Shown: in pieces, positions 29,898 through 39,775 of the stretch
How positions within the stretch are numbered: position 1 is the stretch's first letter
Layout: each line of letters starts with the position of its first letter
The notes under the pieces: model-generated
What the model saw: only the letters and a program-made list of their open reading frames with translations
Told to the model about the DNA's origin: nothing
Database searches by the model: none
NCBI GenBank assembly: GCA_001774685.1
Contig: MFAS01000001.1
Coordinates: 287,557 to 351,556, forward strand
Source: Candidatus Collierbacteria bacterium RIFOXYD2_FULL_45_13
Lineage (GTDB): Bacteria > Patescibacteriota > Microgenomatia > UBA1400 > MFAQ01
Direction: 5' to 3'
DNA: 64,000 nt
Program-made: the position numbers and the translations under genes

Positions 29898-30350
29898 ATG
29901 AAAACACTACTTTCCAACCTCCCCAAGCTTAGTAAAACTCCCAAGAAGCGGCTAGGTCGAGGTTTTGGCTCGGGCGTTGGTGGCCATACTGTCGGCCGTG
30001 GTCAAAAAGGCCAAAAGACCCGTGGCGTCATGCCTCTCTGGTTTGAAGGCGGACAGCTTCCGCTTATCCGACGCACCCCGTTTATCAAAGGCAAGCACCG
30101 CTTCCAGGTTATCAAACTTCAGCCTATTACCGTCAACTTTGACCGTTTAGACAAGTTTGAGACTAACTCGGTCATCGATCCGCTATTCCTCGCCACTGCT
30201 CTCAAAGTCAGTGAGAAAGAAGCCAAACGTGGCTTCAAGATCATTGCCACCGGTAAGCTCACCAAAGCCCTCCAGGTGGCCGTTCCGGCCTCCGCAGGTG
30301 CTATCAAAGCTATCGAGGCTGCCGGCGGCAAATACCTAGCCTCCAAATAA
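29898..30350 (+). CDS. rplO: 50S ribosomal protein L15
   Basis: [16 protein letters not shown]. Confidence 0.98.
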   Translation: MKTLLSNLPKLSKTPKKRLGRGFGSGVGGHTVGRGQKGQKTRGVMPLWFEGGQLPLIRRTPFIKGKHRFQVIKLQPITVNFDRLDKFETNSVIDPLFLATALKVSEKEAKRGFKIIATGKLTKALQVAVPASAGAIKAIEAAGGKYLASK

Positions 30351-30427
30351 GATCACCCCTTGGCAATGTCGTATTTCCTATAGTATAATTCACGGGAACT
30401 TTCACATTTTTTTCCAAGGAGCTTTTC

Positions 30428-31141
30428 ATGAACATTACCGTAATCAGTTCTGGACCTCTTTCTGAAGAAACCAAAGCCTTGCTGGCTAAACTATATGAGA
30501 CCGTTGATCAAGTAATGGCTGTAGGTGAATACCGTATGGGATTTCGGACCGCCAAGATCCGGAATGGTATTCTCTACTGGCCGAAAGTCGAGGGAGGCTA
30601 TCTGGCCATCGACTCTCTGATCCGGAAAATGCACGATGCGGATACAAACCTGAAGCGTCTGGACGAAAACTTCTCTGTAGACCTCGACGACGTCGCCATC
30701 TTGGCTGAAGTTCTCGAGGAGTGTCTCAAACAGGCAGAGGGTGGTATGTTCAACCCCTCTCGGCGTCTCCAGCGCGCAGTTCAATCCATGCTCTATTCAT
30801 TCAAGAACTTATTCCCTGGAATGAAGTCGTACATGGGACAACCTCTGAACGAAGAGTTCGTTGTTTTAAGGGTCAGTTTTGACTACTACGCTCGTAAGGT
30901 CATCGCCGCGGGCGAGGAAGCCATGAAACTGGTCAACTCCAAGATCATCGACGGTCGGTTGTTCCTGAAAAGCGATGATGGATACTTGGTCGTTGACCCA
31001 GACAGCCAAGGTGGATCCTCACTGTTTCGATGCCCGGACCTCAATTTTGCGAACGCAAAAGCGGTTGGGGGCATTAGTTTTGCGAACGAACGGCAATACC
31101 GAGACATGTTTATTAGTTGGTTAAACGAAGCCGGGCTCTAA
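30428..31141 (+). CDS. hypothetical protein (orphan cassette)
   Basis: 237-aa ORF with TATAAT, AAGGAG SD and own terminator. Confidence 0.75.
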   Translation: MNITVISSGPLSEETKALLAKLYETVDQVMAVGEYRMGFRTAKIRNGILYWPKVEGGYLAIDSLIRKMHDADTNLKRLDENFSVDLDDVAILAEVLEECLKQAEGGMFNPSRRLQRAVQSMLYSFKNLFPGMKSYMGQPLNEEFVVLRVSFDYYARKVIAAGEEAMKLVNSKIIDGRLFLKSDDGYLVVDPDSQGGSSLFRCPDLNFANAKAVGGISFANERQYRDMFISWLNEAGL

Positions 31142-31155
31142 AGAAAACTGATAGT

Positions 31156-31182
31156 AACCCATCTCGTCTGAGGTGGGTTTTT
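31156..31182 (+). terminator. intrinsic terminator
   Basis: AACCCATCTC-gtct-GAGGTGGGTT-TTT. Confidence 0.75.
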
Positions 31183-31183
31183 C

Positions 31184-31212
31184 TTGACAATTATCCTATA
31201 TAATAGTACAAT
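31184..31212 (+). promoter_or_regulatory. sigma70 promoter
   Basis: TTGACA-17 nt-TACAAT. Confidence 0.75.
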
Positions 31213-31250
31213 CCAGCTAGTTTGCATTCACTTTGACAAAGGAGTCTCAC

Positions 31251-31760
31251 ATGAGGAAATTTACCATCATCTGGTCGCTATCTTACTTGATCTTAGCTGC
31301 GGCAATGTTCGGGAGCAGCTTTCTAAGGCCTTGCGGTCCCATGACTGGCACAGGACTGTCCTGTGATTTTTCATACGGCATGAAAGCCACGATTGATATG
31401 CCTGCCGAAGTGTCGGTGGGTAGTTTCGCACCATTCACCGTGGCCTATTACTCGGATGGAGCGCTGGTTCCGATCGAAACCTTGAATCTTGGCGGTTTCT
31501 ACTATGTCGTTTTCAACACCACTGGAGCAACTGAGTTATATATGGTCAAAGCCGCCGGTGGTATTCGCTCTCCTACCATCGGAGTCGATGCACTTACAGA
31601 TTATCCGACCCTGCATGTTGTTCGTACCTGGCGGAATGTCCCACTTCAGGTGTGGAAATGGTATCTCTCTCCGGTCTTTTTCCTATGCACCATTATGTCT
31701 ATTTTGCTGCTGATGGCGGCTAGAAGCAGTTTGAAAAACAACCAAAACCACGCCGGCTAA
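31251..31760 (+). CDS. hypothetical membrane protein (N- and C-terminal TM)
   Basis: AAGGAG SD before ATG 31251; two hydrophobic segments. Confidence 0.7.
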   Translation: MRKFTIIWSLSYLILAAAMFGSSFLRPCGPMTGTGLSCDFSYGMKATIDMPAEVSVGSFAPFTVAYYSDGALVPIETLNLGGFYYVVFNTTGATELYMVKAAGGIRSPTIGVDALTDYPTLHVVRTWRNVPLQVWKWYLSPVFFLCTIMSILLLMAARSSLKNNQNHAG

Positions 31761-31789
31761 ACTTCTCAGCAACCCTCAAAGGAGGTCGT

Positions 31790-32206
31790 ATGTTAAATAT
31801 GCTTGCATTCCTTGGCGTATCAAAGCCGGGAGACATTAAGCTACAAGTTCGTTCTGGAATGATGAACGGTGCCATCAGATTTTTTCGGGAAATAAGGTGG
31901 TTTGAAGTTACCGATCGTAAAGTTAACCAGCCTTGGGGCCAGACCAGATATTTCACTCCGGCCCTGAATAGTTTGGTTGTGGGTTTGTTCGAATCGTCCC
32001 ATGATCCAGACGGATTGACAATGACTCAGAGCCAGCTACCCCTTCATTTTGAGGATGTCGCCCCAGAAGTTGCTGCACGAGCGATCCTCGCGTGGGCCGA
32101 CTACGCGGAAGCTGGTGAGGGAGCTGCCATAGTATCGTACGATGAAGGCGCCCGGTGGCTAGTTTATCTGCCGGCCATCTTCACCTTCGCCATCGAGATC
32201 GTCTGA
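31790..32206 (+). CDS. hypothetical protein
   Basis: AAGGAGGT SD; followed by terminator. Confidence 0.7.
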   Translation: MLNMLAFLGVSKPGDIKLQVRSGMMNGAIRFFREIRWFEVTDRKVNQPWGQTRYFTPALNSLVVGLFESSHDPDGLTMTQSQLPLHFEDVAPEVAARAILAWADYAEAGEGAAIVSYDEGARWLVYLPAIFTFAIEIV

Positions 32207-32225
32207 TCACCAACGGTATGTGTAC

Positions 32226-32251
32226 ACCACCCTTCATAGGGTGGTTTTTTT
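32226..32251 (+). terminator. intrinsic terminator
   Basis: ACCACCCT-tcat-AGGGTGGT-T6. Confidence 0.8.
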
Positions 32252-32318
32252 ATTTGATTTACATTACCTCCAATTCAACCTGTGAATCATCGAACGAATC
32301 TGCTAGGATAAAAATATT

Positions 32319-33086
32319 ATGCCATTCAAATCATGGAACGAAATGACGGATGGACAAGAAGGTGAGTCACCTTTTTCACCAACCGGACCAACAGGGGATA
32401 TTCCTCGAACAGCAGAATCATCAGACTTGTTAACAAAGGCTGGTACGGGAGAAACATTAGATCCCGTTGCAGCAGAAAAGGCTCGCAAAAAATATCGAGC
32501 GCAGTCCAGTCAGGATATTGGCCGACTTCAGGCGAACTCCGTTTCGAGTGACATGGGTTTTGGCAACCCGGGTGAAGCCGACACCGATGAGGAAGCTCCA
32601 GAAGATTATTCTGAGGAAATTTCTCATGACGGCTATCAAGTTATTCGACCGGCCAATGCAGGTCAAGTTGAAAAACAACTCCAGACCAAACTTAAAAAAA
32701 GTTATACCGAATCAACCGATCCCCAAGATATAGAAGGTGAGAAGGATAACTGGATCGGTGACTCACCCACACTTACCGAAGCAGATCTACCTCATTTCAA
32801 TGCTAATGAACACAATCGTGAACCAAAAGGAGATAATAGTCGAATCGATATGGGTCGCTACGATGCAAGGATGCCATCTCCTAACCTAGAATCATCTGCG
32901 TCGGATTTGGAGAAAGAAAATCAAGACCGCAAACTCTGGCGCGATCCATTAGTGCCGGAGTTGATGGATGAACCAGGATTCCCAGAAGAAATTGCCAAAG
33001 AAGAGCTCAGGTTAGCTAGAAAAAAGGGGTACGTAACCGAAGCACGGGAAGAAGAGATTAAAAAACGGGCGAGGGAAGGTCGATAA
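32319..33086 (+). CDS. acidic, probably disordered hypothetical protein
   Basis: 255-aa D/E/P-rich ORF; TGCTAGGAT close to ATG. Confidence 0.65.
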   Translation: MPFKSWNEMTDGQEGESPFSPTGPTGDIPRTAESSDLLTKAGTGETLDPVAAEKARKKYRAQSSQDIGRLQANSVSSDMGFGNPGEADTDEEAPEDYSEEISHDGYQVIRPANAGQVEKQLQTKLKKSYTESTDPQDIEGEKDNWIGDSPTLTEADLPHFNANEHNREPKGDNSRIDMGRYDARMPSPNLESSASDLEKENQDRKLWRDPLVPELMDEPGFPEEIAKEELRLARKKGYVTEAREEEIKKRAREGR

Positions 33087-33130
33087 TCACTTCTAATTCT
33101 TGTCTTAGCTGATAGAATAGAGCTCACGGT

Positions 33131-34411
33131 ATGAATAATATATTAGCTCCTCTGCGCGCTCTGTTCAAAATCAAAGATCTTCGCAATCGTCTTATTTTTA
33201 CAGCTGTCGTTATCGCCATCTTCCGTCTAGTAGCCCACATTCCCACACCGGGCATCAATTTGGCCGCACTTAAAGGGCTCTTCGACTCATCGGCCTTTCT
33301 TTCTTTGCTGGATGTTTTTTCCGGTGGCACTCTAACGAATTTCTCTGTCATGGCACTCGGCTTGAATCCTTACATCAATGCCTCCATCATCATGCAGATG
33401 ATGGGTATGGTTGTTCCCAGTCTGGAAGCTCTTCAGAAGGAAGGGGATTACGGCCGCCAAAAAATCAATCAGTACACACGTTTACTTACAATTCCCCTAA
33501 GTTTTCTCCAGGGTATCGCTCTAATATTTCTTCTTCGAGGGCAAGGTCTCACCACCACTGCCGATCCGCTTAAGCTCGCCTCGATTGTTTTCACCCTTGC
33601 TGCTGGCACGGCTTTCCTTATTTGGCTCGGTGAACAGCTTAATGATTATGGTTTGGGCAACGGCATTAGTTTAATTATCTTTGTGGGTATCGTTACCCGG
33701 CTTCCAGTCGCCGCTGCTCAGGTACTCACCACCATTGATCCTTCTCAAATATTCACCTACTTGATATTCGGTTTCTTTGCCGTTGCTTCCGTTTACGCAA
33801 TTGTCAGAGTCGGAGAAGCTGTTCGTGAAGTTCCTATTCAGTCGGCTAGACGCGGGGCTTCCTTCACTTCCGCTGTTGGTAACCATCTGCCTCTTCGTCT
33901 TAACCAGGCTGGCGTCATCCCGATCATTTTTGCCGTTTCGTTTATGCTGATTCCCAATTTGCTTAGTCGTGTTTTTGCCAGCTCTAGCCAGCCACTCCTC
34001 TCCCAAATCTCCCGAAGCATGAGTCTCTATCTTGCCCCTAATACTGTTGTTTATAACGTCCTTTATTTTGCCCTAGTTGTCGCCTTCTGTTATTTCTATA
34101 CCGCGGTTGTCTTCAATCCGGAAAAAATTGCCAAAGATCTCCGCTCCTCAGGCTCTTTCATCCCCGGTATTCGGCCCGGTCCCAACACCGTTGATTATCT
34201 GAACTTTGTTTTAAACAGAATTACCTTAGTCGGCGCCTCGTTCTTAGGTCTAGTCGCCATTTTCCCCTCCATTATCTCCGGAGTTACCGGCATCACCTCC
34301 ATCGCCATCGGTGGTACCGGCATTCTCATCGTTGTCTCGGTAGTTTTGGAAATCCTCAAGACAGTCAACTCCCAGCTCTACATGTACAGTTACGACAAAT
34401 TCCTCGACTAA
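33131..34411 (+). CDS. secY: preprotein translocase subunit SecY
   Basis: ALGLNPYINASII, GNGISLIIF, AGVIPIIFA, FIPGIRPG. Confidence 0.99.
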   Translation: MNNILAPLRALFKIKDLRNRLIFTAVVIAIFRLVAHIPTPGINLAALKGLFDSSAFLSLLDVFSGGTLTNFSVMALGLNPYINASIIMQMMGMVVPSLEALQKEGDYGRQKINQYTRLLTIPLSFLQGIALIFLLRGQGLTTTADPLKLASIVFTLAAGTAFLIWLGEQLNDYGLGNGISLIIFVGIVTRLPVAAAQVLTTIDPSQIFTYLIFGFFAVASVYAIVRVGEAVREVPIQSARRGASFTSAVGNHLPLRLNQAGVIPIIFAVSFMLIPNLLSRVFASSSQPLLSQISRSMSLYLAPNTVVYNVLYFALVVAFCYFYTAVVFNPEKIAKDLRSSGSFIPGIRPGPNTVDYLNFVLNRITLVGASFLGLVAIFPSIISGVTGITSIAIGGTGILIVVSVVLEILKTVNSQLYMYSYDKFLD

Positions 34412-34412
34412 A

Positions 34413-34976
34413 ATGAACTTAATAATTCTCGGTCCACAAGGGTCAGGCAAGGGAACACAAGCCAAATTACTTGCCGACAAGTTTGGCTTTGTTCACGTCT
34501 CTTCCGGCTCTCGACTTCGCGAATTTGCCAAAGGTAATTCGGAGAAGGCTAAGCTAATCGCAGACCTCTTAACTACCGGGGAACTTATGCCTTTTGATAC
34601 TGTCATGCAGGTCATCGAACCAGACCTTTTGGGAGCCCAGCAAGGTTTCATCTTAGATGGTACCCCCCGAGACGTGATGCAGGCAGAGTATCTTGATTGG
34701 TATCTTGGTGAGCACAAACTCCAGATCGATAAAGTTATTCTTCTGGACATCCCCCGAGAGGTAAGTTTGGATCGGCTCTCCAAGAGGGCCCAGATAGAGC
34801 ACCGTTCTGACGACACCACAGAGGCCATAAATGAGAGGTTAAGTATTTACGAAAACGACACACTACCGGTCCTTGATCGCTATCGCAAACAGGGCAAGCT
34901 CATCGAAATTGACGGCACCCCCGACGTCCAAACCATCTTCGCCAATATCGTCCAAAAACTTGACTTGGTCTCCTGA
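34413..34976 (+). CDS. adk: adenylate kinase
   Basis: GPQGSGKGTQA, LDGTPR, RSDD. Confidence 0.95.
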   Translation: MNLIILGPQGSGKGTQAKLLADKFGFVHVSSGSRLREFAKGNSEKAKLIADLLTTGELMPFDTVMQVIEPDLLGAQQGFILDGTPRDVMQAEYLDWYLGEHKLQIDKVILLDIPREVSLDRLSKRAQIEHRSDDTTEAINERLSIYENDTLPVLDRYRKQGKLIEIDGTPDVQTIFANIVQKLDLVS

Positions 34977-34994
34977 TCACTTTTGATCACAAGA

Positions 34995-35255
34995 TCATCT
35001 TCTGCGTCTTAGCCACCACCCCTTAAAGAATGGCAGAGTCAAAGTCGATAGGAGAAAACCGATTGCCGGTATAATCGCATTCAGCCACGGATTACTCACC
35101 TTTATTGCCCACATGTACAACCCGACACTTAGATAAGTAAACGTTGCCAGCAATAGTTTCCGCAAGCCACTTGTCTCCCAAGCCTTATCTCCCTCCACTT
35201 TCTTGTTTCTTGATTCAATTTTCAAAACTCTTTTTTCCAATTCAGAAACCTTCAT
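34995..35255 (-). CDS. small membrane protein
   Basis: RNKKVEGDKAWETS plus 2 TM; TATAAT 7 nt before ATG. Confidence 0.7.
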   Translation of the reverse strand: MKVSELEKRVLKIESRNKKVEGDKAWETSGLRKLLLATFTYLSVGLYMWAIKVSNPWLNAIIPAIGFLLSTLTLPFFKGWWLRRRR

Positions 35256-35331
35256 TTCTACATTATACGTCGACCGCCGTTATAACAAAACAAATGTAAA
35301 ATATACAATATAAAATGACAAATATTTCAAA

Positions 35332-36066
35332 ATGACCAAACTACAAGCCATGACCGAAGGTGGTAAGAGACTCGGGCACATCAAAGGCCTGTTGGCTGGC
35401 ATGGTCAAAGAGGGCGTTACTCCTCTGGAAATTGATACAGAAGCAGAAAAACTGATCAAGGAGGGAGGCGACAAGCCGAACTTCAAAATGGAACCCGGTT
35501 ACCGCCACTCCACCTGTATCAACGTTAACCAAGGTATTGTCCACGGCATACCTGGCAACACTCCTTTCAAAGCGGGCGACGTGGTCAAAATTGATATGGG
35601 ACTTCTTCACGAAGGCTATCACTTGGATACTTCTATCACCGTTGCCATACCTCCAATTTCTCCACATGTAGCCAAATTTTTAGAGGTCTGTCAAAGTTCG
35701 CTCGACGCCGCTATTTTCGAGGCGATTCCCGGACACACAGTCTACGATATTGGGCTAGCAATGCAAACCGTGGTGGAAACCGCGGGGTACAACGTCATCC
35801 GGGATCTCACCGGGCATGGAATAGGCAGGAAGCTCCATATGGAACCATACATTCCTTGCTTTGCCGACACCAAAAGCAAAAAGTTTGTCCTTTCAGTCGA
35901 CCAGACGGTTGCTATCGAGGCCATGGTGGCTATGGGTGACTGGCATCTGGTCGAGGATCCGGATGGCTGGACTCTTTCGACCCAGGACGGATCCACTACA
36001 GCCATGATCGAGGAAACTGTCTATATAACCGCCGACGGCCCCAAAATCCTCACAGGCCTCAACTAA
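35332..36066 (+). CDS. map: methionine aminopeptidase type I
   Basis: VHGIP, KIDMG, LTGHGIG..LH, AIE. Confidence 0.96.
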   Translation: MTKLQAMTEGGKRLGHIKGLLAGMVKEGVTPLEIDTEAEKLIKEGGDKPNFKMEPGYRHSTCINVNQGIVHGIPGNTPFKAGDVVKIDMGLLHEGYHLDTSITVAIPPISPHVAKFLEVCQSSLDAAIFEAIPGHTVYDIGLAMQTVVETAGYNVIRDLTGHGIGRKLHMEPYIPCFADTKSKKFVLSVDQTVAIEAMVAMGDWHLVEDPDGWTLSTQDGSTTAMIEETVYITADGPKILTGLN

Positions 36067-36078
36067 TCCAAAAGCCAC

Positions 36079-36115
36079 AAAAAACCCGCCCTCCGTTTTC
36101 GGAGTGCGGGATTTT
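36079..36115 (-). terminator. intrinsic terminator (possibly bidirectional)
   Basis: CCCGC-CTCCG/CGGAG-GCGGG hairpin with T6 on minus strand. Confidence 0.7.
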
Positions 36116-36116
36116 A

Positions 36117-36269
36117 CTACTTCTTCTTGCCGGAATCCCTACGGACTCCATCGTGCCAGTCAAGTGTTTTGAGGAGACTCTCGCCTCCAAAGGGTTTTCG
36201 CTTCGGACGAAAGACCAGCCACAAAACGACAAGAACCAACACTCCCAGACCAATGTAGACTATTGGCAT
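36117..36269 (-). CDS. 50-aa single-TM small protein MPIVYIGLGVLVLVVLWLVFRPKRKPFGGESLLKTLDWHDGVRRDSGKKK (not in ORF track)
   Basis: TTGACA-17 nt-TAACAT promoter, GGAGG SD, terminator just after TAG. Confidence 0.7.
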   Translation of the reverse strand: MPIVYIGLGVLVLVVLWLVFRPKRKPFGGESLLKTLDWHDGVRRDSGKKK

Positions 36270-36426
36270 TTTTCCTCCAACATTGAAGATTTGTGCTTAT
36301 AACAGATGACATGTTAGCACAAAAATGGTGATTTGTCAAGACTATAGGGTGACGATTGTACCTCAATTCAATTTAATTATGCTAAAATACCCGATATTCT
36401 CGCATTTTTACATTTAGGAGGCTGAT

Positions 36427-36834
36427 ATGTCCGGTAATTATATTATTCTTCATGCCGCCGATACTTCGGGAAAAGCAGACGAACTTCAGATGGATCTCCT
36501 GTTCGAAGGATTTGCCACCATCACCATCTCGGAGGTCCTTCTCCAGGGTCCTTTAAACATCCCCGAGCTGATCGAATCAGAGCTTGGTGTGATCATCGTT
36601 CTTAGCGATGATCTTTTGAAAGATATCGTCTGTCTCACCATGGCCAAGCAAGCCATGAGAGTTCAAAAGGGCACCGTTATTGTGTTTGACAAGATCTCCG
36701 CTCCAGAGTGGGCTGGGCAACCTTTCAAGTTAGTCCCTGGAGTTCTCTATGAGGTTGATTGGGAGTTTTTCCTGACCAAGCTACGCTCTGTTGAGCGCAT
36801 TTCTCGCCTTGGTGAAGAAGACATCCCAGAATAA
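36427..36834 (+). CDS. hypothetical protein (orphan cassette)
   Basis: TGCTAAAAT promoter, AGGAGG SD, terminator GTCCCC-gaaa-GGGGAC-TTTT at stop. Confidence 0.7.
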   Translation: MSGNYIILHAADTSGKADELQMDLLFEGFATITISEVLLQGPLNIPELIESELGVIIVLSDDLLKDIVCLTMAKQAMRVQKGTVIVFDKISAPEWAGQPFKLVPGVLYEVDWEFFLTKLRSVERISRLGEEDIPE

Positions 36835-36946
36835 GTCCCCGAAAGGGGACTTTTATTGTACAATTGCCCTATTGAGTGGTCTTTGGCCAAACGGGTCTAG
36901 CAATCTGCGCCTGAGTTTGGTAGAATACCACTTGCACAACTTTTAT

Positions 36947-37165
36947 ATGGCTAAAAACCAGATGACTGAGGTAAACGGAGTCGTCTCCGAGGCGCTACCC
37001 AATATGCAATTCCGGGTAACCCTTGATGACGGCAGAGAAATCTTGGCTCATCTTGCTGGTCGAATGCGACTCCATCGCATTCGCGTTATGCCCGGAGACA
37101 AAGTCAAACTCGAGATGAGTGACTACGACACGGACAAAGGCAGGATAGTTTATAGATCAAGCTAG
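36947..37165 (+). CDS. infA: translation initiation factor IF-1
   Basis: [16 protein letters not shown]...[16 protein letters not shown]; ATG 36947. Confidence 0.97.
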   Translation: MAKNQMTEVNGVVSEALPNMQFRVTLDDGREILAHLAGRMRLHRIRVMPGDKVKLEMSDYDTDKGRIVYRSS

Positions 37166-37212
37166 CTTCGTTTCCCTTTCAACAATAATTATTTAAATAA
37201 ACTTAAACGCGC

Positions 37213-37326
37213 ATGCGGGTTCAATCCTCCGTCAGACCTCGTTGCAAAAATTGCAAAATTATTAAACGCCATGGTAAGGTGCTGGTTATTTGTACCAACC
37301 CTCGCCACAAGCAGCGACAAGGATAA
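37213..37326 (+). CDS. rpmJ: 50S ribosomal protein L36 (not in ORF track)
   Basis: [37 protein letters not shown]. Confidence 0.97.
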   Translation: MRVQSSVRPRCKNCKIIKRHGKVLVICTNPRHKQRQG

Positions 37327-37339
37327 ATCATAGAAAAAT

Positions 37340-37771
37340 ATGCCCAGACTTTCAGGTATCGACATCCCAAACGAAAAACGAATCGACATTTCTCTTACCT
37401 ATATCTACGGTATAGGAGAGAAGGTTGCTCACGACCTTCTTAAAAAAGCTAAGGTAGATCCTAGTATCCGTACCAAAAACCTTACCGGAGAAGAACTAAA
37501 AAACATTCAAGCTGCTATCGAAACTTTGCCTACCGAAGGTGAGCTAAGAAAAATTATCCGCGATAACATCGAAACCTTAAAAAGAATTCAAGCTTATAGA
37601 GGCGTTCGACACTCCATGGGACTTCCCGTTCGAGGTCAAAGAACCAGAACCAACGCTCGTACCAGAAAAGGCAAGAGAAAGACCATCGGCGCTATTTCCA
37701 AAGAAGCTGCCACTCCGGCCGCTGCTCCCGTTGCCAAAGCCGCCCCGGCCAAAACTACCGCTCAGAAATAA
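37340..37771 (+). CDS. rpsM: 30S ribosomal protein S13
   Basis: LTYIYGIG, GLPVRGQRTRTNARTRKG. Confidence 0.99.
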   Translation: MPRLSGIDIPNEKRIDISLTYIYGIGEKVAHDLLKKAKVDPSIRTKNLTGEELKNIQAAIETLPTEGELRKIIRDNIETLKRIQAYRGVRHSMGLPVRGQRTRTNARTRKGKRKTIGAISKEAATPAAAPVAKAAPAKTTAQK

Positions 37772-37776
37772 CTCAT

Positions 37777-38193
37777 ATGGCAGAAACAAAACCAACAACC
37801 AAACCAATCGTTACCAAGGTCAAGAAAGCCTCGACAATTCATTTCAAAAGTGGTCAGGGTAAGATGTTCGTCAAGTCTACTTTCAACACCACCTATGTCA
37901 CCTTTACTGATGCCAATGGCAACACTATTTGCTGGAGCTCGGCTGGTACTTGTGGATTCAAAGGTGCCAAACGCTCTACACCTTTTGCTGCTACCACCAT
38001 CATTGAAGAAGGTATCAGAAAGGCCAAAACGCTTGGTTTGACCAGTGTCGATGCCTACCTCAAAGGCCCAGGCCCGGGTAAAGATGCTGCTCTTCGTGTC
38101 TTAAAGACTTCCGGTGTAGAAATCAGTATGTTGGCCGACACCACCCCCATTCCCCACAATGGTTGCCGCCCAAGGAAACACCGAAGAGTCTAA
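37777..38193 (+). CDS. rpsK: 30S ribosomal protein S11
   Basis: WSSAG..GFKG, STPFAA, TPIPHNGCRP. Confidence 0.99.
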   Translation: MAETKPTTKPIVTKVKKASTIHFKSGQGKMFVKSTFNTTYVTFTDANGNTICWSSAGTCGFKGAKRSTPFAATTIIEEGIRKAKTLGLTSVDAYLKGPGPGKDAALRVLKTSGVEISMLADTTPIPHNGCRPRKHRRV

Positions 38194-38218
38194 CAATCAA
38201 CTAACTAATAAATAAAAC

Positions 38219-38842
38219 ATGGCAAAATATATTGATCCCAAATGCAGACTCTGTCGTAGAGAAGGTGTCAAGCTCTATCTCAAAGGCGCCCGCTGTCTGT
38301 CACCCAAATGTCCTATCGAAAAAAGAGGTGGTCAGGTACCCGGCCAGCATGGTAAGAAGAGAGCCCGTGGTCGTATTTCCGGTTATGGCATTCAGCTAAG
38401 AGAAAAACAAAAAGCCAAAAGACTGTACGCTGTCTTGGAGAGTCAGTTCCACGGTTATTACGACCAAGCCATCAAGTCCAAAGGGAACACCGCCGAAGTT
38501 TTGATTCAGCTTTTGGAATCACGACTAGACAACATCTGTTATCGCTTGGGTTTTGTCGCTTCCCGCTCACTCGCCCGACAGCTGGTTACTCACGGTAATG
38601 TGCTGGTTGATGGTAAAAGAGTCGACGTTCCTTCCTTCCAGACCAAGCCGGGCATGATCATTTCTCTTCCGGAGCATGCGGCCAAATTCGATTTTGTTGC
38701 TCCAAATCTGATCGAGAAAAATGCACCGGCCAAATGGCTCTCCCGCGTCGGCACTCAAGGCAAAGTGGACCGCATGCCCACCGCAGACGAAATTGGATCC
38801 GATATTAAAACCAATCTAATTATTGAGTTCTACTCAAGATAA
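38219..38842 (+). CDS. rpsD: 30S ribosomal protein S4
   Basis: CRLCRREG, LESRLDN, ARQLVTHG. Confidence 0.99.
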   Translation: MAKYIDPKCRLCRREGVKLYLKGARCLSPKCPIEKRGGQVPGQHGKKRARGRISGYGIQLREKQKAKRLYAVLESQFHGYYDQAIKSKGNTAEVLIQLLESRLDNICYRLGFVASRSLARQLVTHGNVLVDGKRVDVPSFQTKPGMIISLPEHAAKFDFVAPNLIEKNAPAKWLSRVGTQGKVDRMPTADEIGSDIKTNLIIEFYSR

Positions 38843-38866
38843 TTCATTAATAATTACTACACAAAA

Positions 38867-39772
38867 ATGTTAGAACCTAATTTCAAAGTCACCGTAAAAG
38901 ACAAAAAAGAGCTAAACACAGCAGAAGTCGTTATTGAACCGCTTCCACAAAATTTTGGCCATACCATGGGTAATGCGCTTCGACGCGTTTTACTAACCTC
39001 TCTTGAGGGAGGTGCCGCTGTCCGCGTCAAAATTGATGGTGTTTCTCACCAATTTTCCACGCTATCCGGTCTTCAAGAAGATATTGTTGAATTCATCCTT
39101 AATCTAAAAACGCTTAATTTTTTCGTCGACTCCGACGAGCCTGTCGATATCAAGCTAAAAGTCTCTGGTGTCAAAGAGGTTAAAGCCTCCGATCTGGATT
39201 TACCATCCAATGTTACTGTCGCCAACCCCGATACTGTCTTGGCCCACCTCACTTCTCCCAAAGCCAAACTATCTGCTGTTATTACTGTCACCAGAGGACT
39301 CGGTTATGTCGCTTCCGAGGAAAATGCTACCAACGAAATTGGTGTAATCCCCCTCGATGCCTCTTTCTCTCCTGTTCTCAAGGCCAATTACACCATTGAA
39401 GCCGCTCGTGTCGGCCGTTCCAGTAACTTCGACAAGGTCAGGCTCACTTTGACTACCGACGGTACGATTACCCCGGGAGAAGCTGTCAAAAATGCAGCCC
39501 GCGTGTTGACCAGCTTTTATGACTATGTCAATTCCGCCGAAGCCTACATCGTTGAGAAAAAATCAGCCCATGAGGTTATTACTGCCGGTTTCGTTGATGA
39601 TCTAGATCTCCCTACCAGAGTGCTTAATGCTCTAAAAAAATCAGGAATTAATAAATTAGCCGATCTTAAAGCTCTCACGTTGGGCGACTTGAAAAAAGTT
39701 AAAAACCTTGGTGAGAAATCAGCCATGCAAGTGGTCGAAAAAGCTGCAGAAAAAGGCGTAATCATTCAATAA
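38867..39772 (+). CDS. rpoA: RNA polymerase alpha subunit
   Basis: GHTMGNALRRVLL, DASFSPV, NLGEKS. Confidence 0.98.
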   Translation: MLEPNFKVTVKDKKELNTAEVVIEPLPQNFGHTMGNALRRVLLTSLEGGAAVRVKIDGVSHQFSTLSGLQEDIVEFILNLKTLNFFVDSDEPVDIKLKVSGVKEVKASDLDLPSNVTVANPDTVLAHLTSPKAKLSAVITVTRGLGYVASEENATNEIGVIPLDASFSPVLKANYTIEAARVGRSSNFDKVRLTLTTDGTITPGEAVKNAARVLTSFYDYVNSAEAYIVEKKSAHEVITAGFVDDLDLPTRVLNALKKSGINKLADLKALTLGDLKKVKNLGEKSAMQVVEKAAEKGVIIQ

Positions 39773-39775
39773 CCT

